The notes below the pieces were generated by a model, which did not search any database, was not told the origin of the DNA, and saw only the letters and a list, made by a program, of their open reading frames with translations. From positions 1-64,000 of the IMG/VR virus record IMGVR_UViG_3300028115_001312: a DNA stretch of 64,000 bases; one strand, written 5' to 3'. This document shows, one piece after another, positions 56,288-64,000 of this stretch (positions are counted from its first letter, which is position 1; each line of letters opens with the position of its first letter). Both the position numbers and the translations under genes were made by a program. The DNA is from an uncultured virus (IMG/VR IMGVR_UViG_3300028115_001312) (taxonomy: Duplodnaviria; Heunggongvirae; Uroviricota; Caudoviricetes).

Positions 56288-56962
56288 TTATATACCTATC
56301 TTTCCACTACATGTATAATAATAAAAATCATCATCTGCACAACAAAAGAAGTCTCCTACGAGATAGAAAAACTTACTTTGTGTTAGGTAATGGTCAAATA
56401 AGTCTATTAATGGATTCCTATATTCTAGTGTAAACTGTACTGCTTTATCATCTTCAGTTTTAAACCAATGATTGTATTTTATTTCAGGACCGTATCTTGT
56501 AGTAGTGCTTCTTAGGTATTCTACTTTAAGTTTTTTACCATAAATGGTCATGTTAAAAGGAGTACTAGTATCACAAAGATCTTGTATTTCTTTTTTTACT
56601 ATATCCTGTATATAAAATTCTGGTAATTTTGTAAGCATGCCTACTTCAGTAAAATGCACTAAATGTTTGCTTTCTCTTTCTAGTGCCTGTTGTAAATGTT
56701 TCCTAAAAGTTGAGAAATGATATTCTTTTTTAAAAGTTCCTAAGAATAGGTTTTGCTTATAAAATTTACGAATATCTTCTGCACGTTCTAAATAATCACC
56801 TTGTGCAATTATTTCTTTTGTACGTGTAGCATTATCTATGTCTTTTAAGTCAACATGGTAATCTGTGCCTTCATTTCTTATTATGGCTATTGCTATAGGA
56901 TCATGATTAAATTCTATAAAACCGTCTTGTCCTGGTTGTAAAAACTCTAGTTGTTCCTGCAT
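56288..56962 (-). CDS. Hypothetical protein
   Basis: 224 aa; coupled to guaC. Confidence 0.65.
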   Translation of the reverse strand: MQEQLEFLQPGQDGFIEFNHDPIAIAIIRNEGTDYHVDLKDIDNATRTKEIIAQGDYLERAEDIRKFYKQNLFLGTFKKEYHFSTFRKHLQQALERESKHLVHFTEVGMLTKLPEFYIQDIVKKEIQDLCDTSTPFNMTIYGKKLKVEYLRSTTTRYGPEIKYNHWFKTEDDKAVQFTLEYRNPLIDLFDHYLTQSKFFYLVGDFFCCADDDFYYYTCSGKIGI

Positions 56963-58083
56963 TACTCATATACTCTATTGTGTGTATCCTGACAACGAAT
57001 AAATGTTGTACATTTAGGTAAGTGTTTTAATTTTTCTGCACCCACATATGTACATGCACTACGTAAACCACCTAGCATGTCCTGCACTGTGTTTGTAATA
57101 GCACCTTTGTATGGCACCAATACTTCTCTACCTTCGCTTGCACGGTAGTCTTTAAGCCCTCCAAAGTGCTTTGTATTGGCAGCATCACTGCTCATGCCAT
57201 AAAACTGTACAAAATGTTTTTCTTCATAAACTGGCTCAAGCCATCCTTTATCATCTTTAAGGACTTCGTTAGTTTCATAAACTTTAGTAATTACTTCACC
57301 GCCACCTTCATCGTGTCCAGCAAGCATACCACCTAGCATAACAAAATCTGCACCACCAGCGAATGCTTTTGCTACATCACCAGGGCAAGTACAACCTCCA
57401 TCAGCAATAATGTGTCCACCTAATCCATGAGCTGCATCAGCACATTCCATTACTGCACTTAGCTGTGGATAACCTACTCCTGTTTGTATACGAGTTGTAC
57501 ACACACTACCAGGTCCTATACCAACTTTTACTACATCTGCACCACGAAGTATCAACTCCTGTGTTTGATCTGCGGTTACTACGTTTCCTGCAATAATGAC
57601 TAAACCAGGATATTCTTCTCTGATACTTGCAACATAGTTTAGGAAACGTTCACTATATCCATTTGCAACATCAATACATACATACTTAATACCTTTACTA
57701 CCTGCATATACTGCCCTAAACTTACTAGCATCATCTTCTGTGATGCCCATGCTATATGCTACATGTTCTCTTGCAATTGTACTTGTGTTAAAGAAATCAA
57801 CTAATTCTTTTATACTGTATGTTTTTACAAGGCAAGTAAACAAACCAAGTTTGCCCAGTGCTTCTGCCATATCAAATGTACCCACACCATCCATGTTAGC
57901 AGCCATAATTGGAACTGCATTAAAATCATAATCTCTTTGTGTGTTTATAGGGTAACTTGGATTGTAATTTCTAAAACTGTGTCTACGTGTAAGTTGTACT
58001 TCTTTACGTGAACCTAGTGTGCTACGTTTAGGACGCAACAGAACACTATTGTAATCTAACTTGACTTCATTCTCGATATTCAT
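56962..58083 (-). CDS. guaC: GMP reductase
   Basis: [47 protein letters not shown]. Confidence 0.95.
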   Translation of the reverse strand: MNIENEVKLDYNSVLLRPKRSTLGSRKEVQLTRRHSFRNYNPSYPINTQRDYDFNAVPIMAANMDGVGTFDMAEALGKLGLFTCLVKTYSIKELVDFFNTSTIAREHVAYSMGITEDDASKFRAVYAGSKGIKYVCIDVANGYSERFLNYVASIREEYPGLVIIAGNVVTADQTQELILRGADVVKVGIGPGSVCTTRIQTGVGYPQLSAVMECADAAHGLGGHIIADGGCTCPGDVAKAFAGGADFVMLGGMLAGHDEGGGEVITKVYETNEVLKDDKGWLEPVYEEKHFVQFYGMSSDAANTKHFGGLKDYRASEGREVLVPYKGAITNTVQDMLGGLRSACTYVGAEKLKHLPKCTTFIRCQDTHNRVYE

Positions 58084-58098
58084 ATATGCCTCTTTTGG

Positions 58099-58404
58099 CT
58101 AGTTTGATTCTAATTTAATCTCTAATGGGTAACCTTGATTTCTTGCACTAAGCAATACTTCTACACCTTTTTGTTCTGCTACTTCAAAAGGAAGTAGGGC
58201 AACAACACCAGAACCTTTTTCATTTATTTCCATTGCTTTTTTGTCTGCATCTGTAGGTTTGTATGAAAATTTATCTACTAAACTTCCTGTAACAAAATCA
58301 AATGTAGTTACATTGTCATTTAAATAAATGATTTTGTAATCTTTAGGTGGTTCAATATCGTCTAATATTGGTCTGAACTTTTGTTTGATTTCTGTTCCAC
58401 TCAT
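58099..58404 (-). CDS. clpS: ClpS adaptor
   Basis: PP..YKIIYLNDNVTTFDFV, G.GVV, E.AEQK, AR..GYPL. Confidence 0.88.
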   Translation of the reverse strand: MSGTEIKQKFRPILDDIEPPKDYKIIYLNDNVTTFDFVTGSLVDKFSYKPTDADKKAMEINEKGSGVVALLPFEVAEQKGVEVLLSARNQGYPLEIKLESN

Positions 58405-58462
58405 GTAAACTCCTGTTATGTTTGGGGAGTATCACTACTCCCCTCACTAGTATTTACTCGTA

Positions 58463-58900
58463 TTACTTGTTAATTGTAATTTTACGAGGCTTCTTCTCTT
58501 CTGGAACTATTCTTTCAAGTTCAATGAAAAGCATACCATTTTCAAGTTTAGCATCTTGAACAACGATATCATCATTTAGTGTAAACTTACGAGTAAACTT
58601 TCTACGTGAAATACCTCTGTGTAATATTTCACCAGCAAAGTTATTTTCATCAAGTTCTACTGGATTATGGCTAATTGTCATAACATTTTCTGCTACTTCA
58701 ATGTCCAAGTCTTCCATTTTTACACCTGCTAGAGCCATTTCAATTTGAAATTTATCTCCGTCTCTTACAATGTTGTAAGGTGGATAGCCAGTACTCTGAG
58801 TCTGATGTTCAACATAGTTAAACATATTATCAAAGATTCTGTCGAATCCGACGGCATATGGTGTAAGTTTATTGATATCGAGTGAGGTTAATCTTGTCAT
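58463..58900 (-). CDS. Small heat-shock protein (Hsp20/IbpA-like)
   Basis: VGFDR.F, YPPYNI, EMALAG, LHRGIS.R.F, ENGML, PEEKKPR.I.I. Confidence 0.93.
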   Translation of the reverse strand: MTRLTSLDINKLTPYAVGFDRIFDNMFNYVEHQTQSTGYPPYNIVRDGDKFQIEMALAGVKMEDLDIEVAENVMTISHNPVELDENNFAGEILHRGISRRKFTRKFTLNDDIVVQDAKLENGMLFIELERIVPEEKKPRKITINK

Positions 58901-58990
58901 TTTGTATCTCCTTTATTAAGCAAGATTTAATTTATGAGACCCATAATAGGCATCTCTGTTGTTTTGAGGACTAACCATGATCCTCACGAG
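58901..58990 (-). promoter_or_regulatory. ROSE-like RNA thermometer
   Basis: Three hairpins; the last, ATCTTGCTT-AATA-AAGGAGAT, pairs UUGCU with the SD. Confidence 0.65.
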
Positions 58991-59115
58991 TTATTTAAGG
59001 TTACTATCCATTCTTGGCCCACGAAATATATTGACTATATTTGACCCTAAGATTGTTTTAGGATGTTTTGTCAAAGTTCCTAACAATCTATTCATATTTA
59101 TTTATTAAAGAAGTT

Positions 59116-59349
59116 CTAATAATTTTCTATTTCACGTTGTTTTTTTAACCATCTGGCTCTACCCGCCGCTTTTGCTTTAGCACGTTTTTCGCTAGGCTTA
59201 ACATAATACTTACGTTTCCTCATTTCTAAAATAATGCCTTCATCCTGCATTAATCTTTTTAGTTTGCGAATTGCACGAGAAACATCATTGTTTCTTACTT
59301 GGACATATAGTCCTTGTTTTTCTCTAGTTGGTCTTTGTGGTCTTGCCAT
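59116..59349 (-). CDS. rpsU: Ribosomal protein bS21
   Basis: VQVRNNDVSRAIRKLKR..EG..EMRKRKYYVKPSEKR. Confidence 0.88.
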   Translation of the reverse strand: MARPQRPTREKQGLYVQVRNNDVSRAIRKLKRLMQDEGIILEMRKRKYYVKPSEKRAKAKAAGRARWLKKQREIENY

Positions 59350-59702
59350 TTAGTCATCCATTTTATTAGCGGATCTATAGGATCCTTAACTTCATTTAAA
59401 TTAAATCGTTTGTACGATTGTTTATTATTATAGTAGTAAACTTGTGATTTGTCAATAAAGAAACCTAAAAAAGTTTCATTATATGCACAGTTTAATATAC
59501 TTATGTCTGCTTGATGGTAAGCAGTAGAAATCCATTCTAAATCTTCTTGTTTGTTAGTAGTATATAAAGTAACTTCTATGGGTAATCTTCTAATGTTATC
59601 TACTATATTTTCTATATAATCATCACATCCTATGCAAAGAATACTTGGTGCTTTTGCATAGTATATATCAGGAGGAGTTACTACTGTAACATTATGGTGC
59701 AT
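59295..59702 (-). CDS. Hypothetical protein
   Basis: VVTPPD N-terminus; operon-packed. Confidence 0.65.
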   Translation of the reverse strand: MHHNVTVVTPPDIYYAKAPSILCIGCDDYIENIVDNIRRLPIEVTLYTTNKQEDLEWISTAYHQADISILNCAYNETFLGFFIDKSQVYYYNNKQSYKRFNLNEVKDPIDPLIKWMTKWQDHKDQLEKNKDYMSK

Positions 59703-60561
59703 TTAATTTTATCCATTGTTTCTTTGTAATTACATTTGCTTTGTGATCTAAAATACTATCTTTATCTTTTTTTGTAGGACACATAGTGCAAATTTTATGT
59801 GGTTTACCAAAATTTTTTATAAACATAACAATCTCATGCAAAGGACTTTCAATTGATATACCCTGGTAATCTGTATATGGTTTCCATTCTTGATTAATAG
59901 GTTGTTTCCAGTCATTAAGAACTTTATTTAATAAGGCAATACTACTGCATTTGTATATCTTACCTTCATAAAGTAAAGGGCAGGTCTGTTGAATACACAT
60001 ATCAAATGCATCCTTAGGATTATTATTGTGTGGCCACATATTTCCAAAAGTACCTTTATAGGTTTTAAAAAATTGTGTTGGACTGTTAATTTGGAATCTA
60101 GTATTATTAGGGCCTATCCAGCGATTTATACCATATTCAGTAACAGGTTTCCATTCATACTTTTTAAAAATATATTCTATTATCGACTTAGCATATGGTT
60201 TATCTTCATGTATTGTAAACTTAAACACGGTATTTCCAACATCAATACACCAATCTAAAACTTCAGGACATTTATGAAAGTTAACTCCGTTTGTTGTAAA
60301 CCTTATTTGACTATTAGGTAGTAACTGTCTTACACCATATATCCATTTCTCACAATCTGGGTTAAGAGTTGGTTCTCCTCCCATTATACCAAAATCAGAA
60401 ATATCTAACCTGTCTATCCATTTTTCTATCCAAGACTTACCGTTTTGCCAACTTATACTGCCTTTCATATTATAATCACTATAATTTGAACACCCTGCAC
60501 AACTTAAATTGCAAGCATATGTAATCATAGTTTCAACAAAAGGAAGTATAGGCTTACTCAT
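59692..60561 (-). CDS. Radical SAM protein
   Basis: CNLSCAGC, GGEP, TNG, SPASM/twitch-like C...GKIYKC...CTMC. Confidence 0.88.
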   Translation of the reverse strand: MSKPILPFVETMITYACNLSCAGCSNYSDYNMKGSISWQNGKSWIEKWIDRLDISDFGIMGGEPTLNPDCEKWIYGVRQLLPNSQIRFTTNGVNFHKCPEVLDWCIDVGNTVFKFTIHEDKPYAKSIIEYIFKKYEWKPVTEYGINRWIGPNNTRFQINSPTQFFKTYKGTFGNMWPHNNNPKDAFDMCIQQTCPLLYEGKIYKCSSIALLNKVLNDWKQPINQEWKPYTDYQGISIESPLHEIVMFIKNFGKPHKICTMCPTKKDKDSILDHKANVITKKQWIKLNAP

Positions 60562-60869
60562 AACTTAAATTTAACTTCTTCTTGTTCTTGCTCTGTAAGA
60601 TCATCTATTTCAATATGACCCTGTTTTACCAACCAAGTAAGATGTGTTATGTAATCTTCATTTAAGTAAGTATCGGTTGTTTCTTTATCTAATTGCATCC
60701 AGTTTGAACCTGTCCAGCGAAATAATTTATTAGGTAGTGCATCTACTCTTACAAACAAATCACCTTTATCAGGATACTTGGGAAAAGCAGTACCAAAGTC
60801 TGCTTGAGCCGCCTTTTCTAAATCCAGATCCGCTACAACGGCTAAATTCGGGGTAGGGATCGTTATGCT
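60558..60869 (-). CDS. -1 frame C-terminal extension of the upstream gene (likely reached by programmed frameshift)
   Basis: Frame open from the A7 run to 60558 with no ATG/GTG/TTG before 60758; encodes ..ADFGTAFPKYPDKGDLFVRVD.LPNKLFRW.G..W. Confidence 0.7.
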   Translation of the reverse strand, partial: SITIPTPNLAVVADLDLEKAAQADFGTAFPKYPDKGDLFVRVDALPNKLFRWTGSNWMQLDKETTDTYLNEDYITHLTWLVKQGHIEIDDLTEQEQEEVKFKL

Positions 60870-62626
60870 TTTTTTGGCTCTTCAGGGGTTTCGGTGTTAG
60901 CTTCTGCTTCTAAACCTTGTGCAAATTCGTCTTTTTCAACTAATTGATACTTCTCTGCCATTTTAATAACAACTGCATCACGTCTTTCTATCTCTGCTTC
61001 CTGTTCAGCTATCTTCTTTAATAGTTCTTCTTCACGAGTTTTAAGACCTTCTGCACCTTGTGCTATTTCATCCAGTGTCTTTTTGTAGTTGTCACGTTCT
61101 GCTTCTGTTGCAACTACTTTATCAACTAGTGCATCACTTTCTGCTTTTGCTTCTGCGAGTTGTGCTTCTAAACCAGCAATTTTTTCTACTAGTTCATCAC
61201 GTTCTTTTTGTAGTTCTGCAAACTTCGCAGGATCTACATTAGCAAGATTACCATCTAATAGTTTTTCTATTTCTGCTAAGACTTCATTATGTTTTTTAAG
61301 TTCCATTTCTAGTTCCTCTACTCTTGGATCAGTAACTCTTACGATTTGTTCTTTTACTTTTGGTTTATTTTTTTGGCGGTCTTCTCTCCACCATCCTATT
61401 GTCATAGTACCTGCTAGTACTAAACAAACTGCAAGTGGATCAAATACTGCAACAATAATTATAATAACCCAACGTACTGCATCTTCTAATAAGTTACGAT
61501 CTGCTTCACCATATATAAGTTCTGCAATATATTTTACAGGACCAACTTCAGCTTCAAACTGTCTATATTCTTTTTCAAATACAAACTTTTCTTCTCTTAA
61601 TTTGTCTAACTCTGGTTGTACACTTTCTATATTTTTTTCTAACTGTACAATCTTTTCATCTACACTATCATTAGTAGTACCTGCTTCTGTAGTATATTTT
61701 GCAATATTTGAATTTGCACTATCAATAGTGCCTTTTATACTGTCACGTATTTTTTGTATACGAACTTCTACTTGGTTAATTTGTTCAGCAAGTTTTTTGT
61801 TAATCTCTGTAATTTGTCTTTGTACTCTACTTGCGACACCAATCTCATTTTGTTTTGCTTTTGCAATATCAGCATTAAGTTTATCACGTTCAGGCTTTTG
61901 TTCTTTACGTAATTGATTACCTTTTGCAACATTATCTACATCAGCAGTAAACACACCACCCTTAGTTGTGCCTTGTTTTAAATATGCTTCAACATCTTTG
62001 TCCAGTACTGCTAAACGTTTTTCTGCTTGTGCTATGTCTGCCTTTGTACGATTCTGTGCATCACTTAATCGTTTGTTTTGTTGTGCAATTTCTTTATCTG
62101 CTTGTGCTTGTAGGCCAGGTATCTTCGCATTTTCTGCATCTATTTGTGGTTGTATTCTATTGTTTGCTTCTTTAATACGATCACGTTCACGTTTTATTAA
62201 TACATCTAATCTAGTGCTTGTTTCACCCTGGTTAAGTCTTTTAATATCTTCTGTCCAGCGATTGACTTTGGCTTGTATACGTGCCATCTTTTTGTCAATT
62301 ACTTCAACTTGTGCAATTTGTTCTGTACCCATTGCACTTTGTTCAATATGGGACTTAGATAGGAAACCAAATACACCCATGCTTGTGATAAACATAAGAA
62401 CAACTACTGCAATTACTAGATAACTTTTTATTACCATAGGTGCACGATGCCAGTTTTGATGTAACCATACTGTTGCTAGTAGTTTACCTACTTCTAATAC
62501 ACTACCCATTAGGACAATTGGTAAGAAAGCCGCTGCAAATATTGCAGTAAGTCCAATAATACTATAATACGCAGCAATTATACTGATTGATATAGCAACA
62601 AATAATGTGAGGATACCTAAAAACAT
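60863..62626 (-). CDS. Membrane protein with long coiled coils
   Basis: Three N-terminal TM helices (LEVGKL, ITSMGVFGFLSK), coiled coil, EVGPVKYIA, TM with FDPLA, second coiled coil. Confidence 0.8.
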   Translation of the reverse strand: MFLGILTLFVAISISIIAAYYSIIGLTAIFAAAFLPIVLMGSVLEVGKLLATVWLHQNWHRAPMVIKSYLVIAVVVLMFITSMGVFGFLSKSHIEQSAMGTEQIAQVEVIDKKMARIQAKVNRWTEDIKRLNQGETSTRLDVLIKRERDRIKEANNRIQPQIDAENAKIPGLQAQADKEIAQQNKRLSDAQNRTKADIAQAEKRLAVLDKDVEAYLKQGTTKGGVFTADVDNVAKGNQLRKEQKPERDKLNADIAKAKQNEIGVASRVQRQITEINKKLAEQINQVEVRIQKIRDSIKGTIDSANSNIAKYTTEAGTTNDSVDEKIVQLEKNIESVQPELDKLREEKFVFEKEYRQFEAEVGPVKYIAELIYGEADRNLLEDAVRWVIIIIVAVFDPLAVCLVLAGTMTIGWWREDRQKNKPKVKEQIVRVTDPRVEELEMELKKHNEVLAEIEKLLDGNLANVDPAKFAELQKERDELVEKIAGLEAQLAEAKAESDALVDKVVATEAERDNYKKTLDEIAQGAEGLKTREEELLKKIAEQEAEIERRDAVVIKMAEKYQLVEKDEFAQGLEAEANTETPEEPKKA

Positions 62627-62651
62627 CTTTGTATTATACTACCTTTAGCTT

Positions 62652-63506
62652 CTAATTGTCAACTAACAAAATATCAAATGTACAGGTATATCTACCATTA
62701 TTACTAAATGTTATCATCCTTGCATCTAAGTCAGATTTTTCAGTCAGTGCTTGTGGTATAGGGTACTCAAGTTGATAAGGTCCACCTACACCATTTACTT
62801 CTGCAATGTGCTTGGTTTGAAAACTACCTGTACCACTTGGACGAACCATAAGTTTAAAGCTACCTGTCGCCGTACCTTGTGCAGTTACATCTAATCTCAT
62901 TAGATAACCTGTTTTTCCTGCAGGAATAGTATATATACTCATTAAGGTTTGACCTATATTCTCTAGTATTTTTGCTACAGTTGTACCGCTTGACTTAATT
63001 AAAATACGTTTTGTGTTAGGTTCAAAACTTCCACCGTCAGTAAATTTTGCTCTAAAAACTCTTTTGAAATTATTTGAAGTTGTGCCACTAGATCCTGATA
63101 TAGTTACTGTTTCTGTTTGTAAAGCATAGTCGCCATCTAATCCTTGTATTTCAACAGTATCGCCATTATGTGCAGTACTAGTGGATGCTTCATTATTTGG
63201 TTCTACAACTGTAACTGTGAGGACACCATTGCTATCTATAGTACTCCAAGGATATATAGTATCATCTTCATCCCATATTGTACCTTCTGTATTTTGGCTC
63301 ATTGAAGGGACTGCACCAAACTTGTGAATTTCACCAAACCCTGAAGGCAGTTGGATATTTGTTATTACACTACTACCCGTGGTCCTTAATACAGGTTCAC
63401 CACCTAAATTATACTCCATTGCTTTATGTACATTAAGTAGATTAGTTTCTTGTGGATGCACATAACTTGTAGAGTTTTGTCTACTAGTATCTGAATAGTC
63501 AGCCAT
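62652..63506 (-). CDS. Beta-rich hypothetical (possible virion) protein
   Basis: IHKFG, IQGLD, F.RVFRA, YTIPAGKTGYL, EKSDL. Confidence 0.7.
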   Translation of the reverse strand: MADYSDTSRQNSTSYVHPQETNLLNVHKAMEYNLGGEPVLRTTGSSVITNIQLPSGFGEIHKFGAVPSMSQNTEGTIWDEDDTIYPWSTIDSNGVLTVTVVEPNNEASTSTAHNGDTVEIQGLDGDYALQTETVTISGSSGTTSNNFKRVFRAKFTDGGSFEPNTKRILIKSSGTTVAKILENIGQTLMSIYTIPAGKTGYLMRLDVTAQGTATGSFKLMVRPSGTGSFQTKHIAEVNGVGGPYQLEYPIPQALTEKSDLDARMITFSNNGRYTCTFDILLVDN

Positions 63507-63509
63507 TTA

Positions 63510-63971
63510 TTATGTCCAAGGACGACTTGCAGTTAGGTTGCCACTATCGCCTGTGTTATCAGTTACAGTATCGTTCACATAACGTGTAGGTAACAGTGTT
63601 CTGTCATGTGTATTCCCACTACGATAATATGGTTTTGTTGTATCGCCACCAGCAGTACGTTTTAATGCAGCAATGTCAAGCATCATAAGTTGACTGCGTT
63701 CTCTTGTAGTCTGGTTTCTGTCTGTTGCTACAGTTATAATATCACCTGCTATTATACCAGCATTTACTAATGTAGTACTTGCACTATCTGTACTATCTAC
63801 AACTGTTCCATTTTTATGAATACTAACTGGACCATAGTAATAACTTTGTAATCCTTCATCAGCAATAATAGCAGTACGAAGTTGCGCCATTGTTTGCCCA
63901 TTGTCAATTGTAAGGTCGTTGTGTAATCCTGTTAGGCCTTTATATTTTATATTAATGTTTGCCACGTTCAT
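63510..63971 (-). CDS. Protein with N-terminal ubiquitin-like beta-grasp domain (likely GTG start 63965)
   Basis: IKYKGLTG..LTID..TMAQLRTAI..DEGL...TL...GI..GD.I aligns by eye to ubiquitin. Confidence 0.6.
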   Translation of the reverse strand: MNVANINIKYKGLTGLHNDLTIDNGQTMAQLRTAIIADEGLQSYYYGPVSIHKNGTVVDSTDSASTTLVNAGIIAGDIITVATDRNQTTRERSQLMMLDIAALKRTAGGDTTKPYYRSGNTHDRTLLPTRYVNDTVTDNTGDSGNLTASRPWT

Positions 63972-64000
63972 GCTCCAGTTGTGTTATGTAATGATATAAA

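Noticed and set aside
60558..60758. Independent 66-aa gene starting at TTG 60758
   Set aside because: The start falls inside an apparently continuous domain; the frameshift extension explains the upstream open frame and pseudoknot better.
61089..62423. 275-aa and 151-aa plus-strand ORFs
   Set aside because: Ser/Phe/Leu-rich antisense shadows of the Glu/Lys coiled-coil gene.

Overview
AT-rich, gene-dense segment, mostly minus strand, that reads as part of a very large tailed dsDNA phage, probably marine and infecting a Gram-negative (likely alphaproteobacterial) host. This is inferred from the endolysin/spanin cassette, baseplate/tail-like genes, clamp loader, PhoH, T4-late-like TAAATA and sigma70-like promoters, and host-type genes. 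No capsid or terminase gene is visible. The window carries a proteostasis set (ClpA, ClpS, DnaJ, GroES, Hsp20), ribosomal proteins bL33 and bS21, three tRNAs (Arg-ACG, Thr-TGT and an unusual Ser-ACT), auxiliary metabolic genes (pstS with Pho box, glyA, dadA, guaC, iscA, ugd, TctA/TctC transporter, uvsE) and many modification enzymes. Best leads: (1) a -1 frameshift signal (A AAA AAA plus H-type pseudoknot) joining ORFs 60863-62626 and 60558-60869; (2) a six-gene plus-strand operon of exported proteins resembling a pilin plus chaperone with no usher; (3) SD-preceded +1-frame ORFs nested inside uvsE and two other enzyme genes where codon usage shifts; (4) a ubiquitin-like protein; (5) several structured RNA candidates. 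All protein calls come from motif recognition by eye, not database searches.
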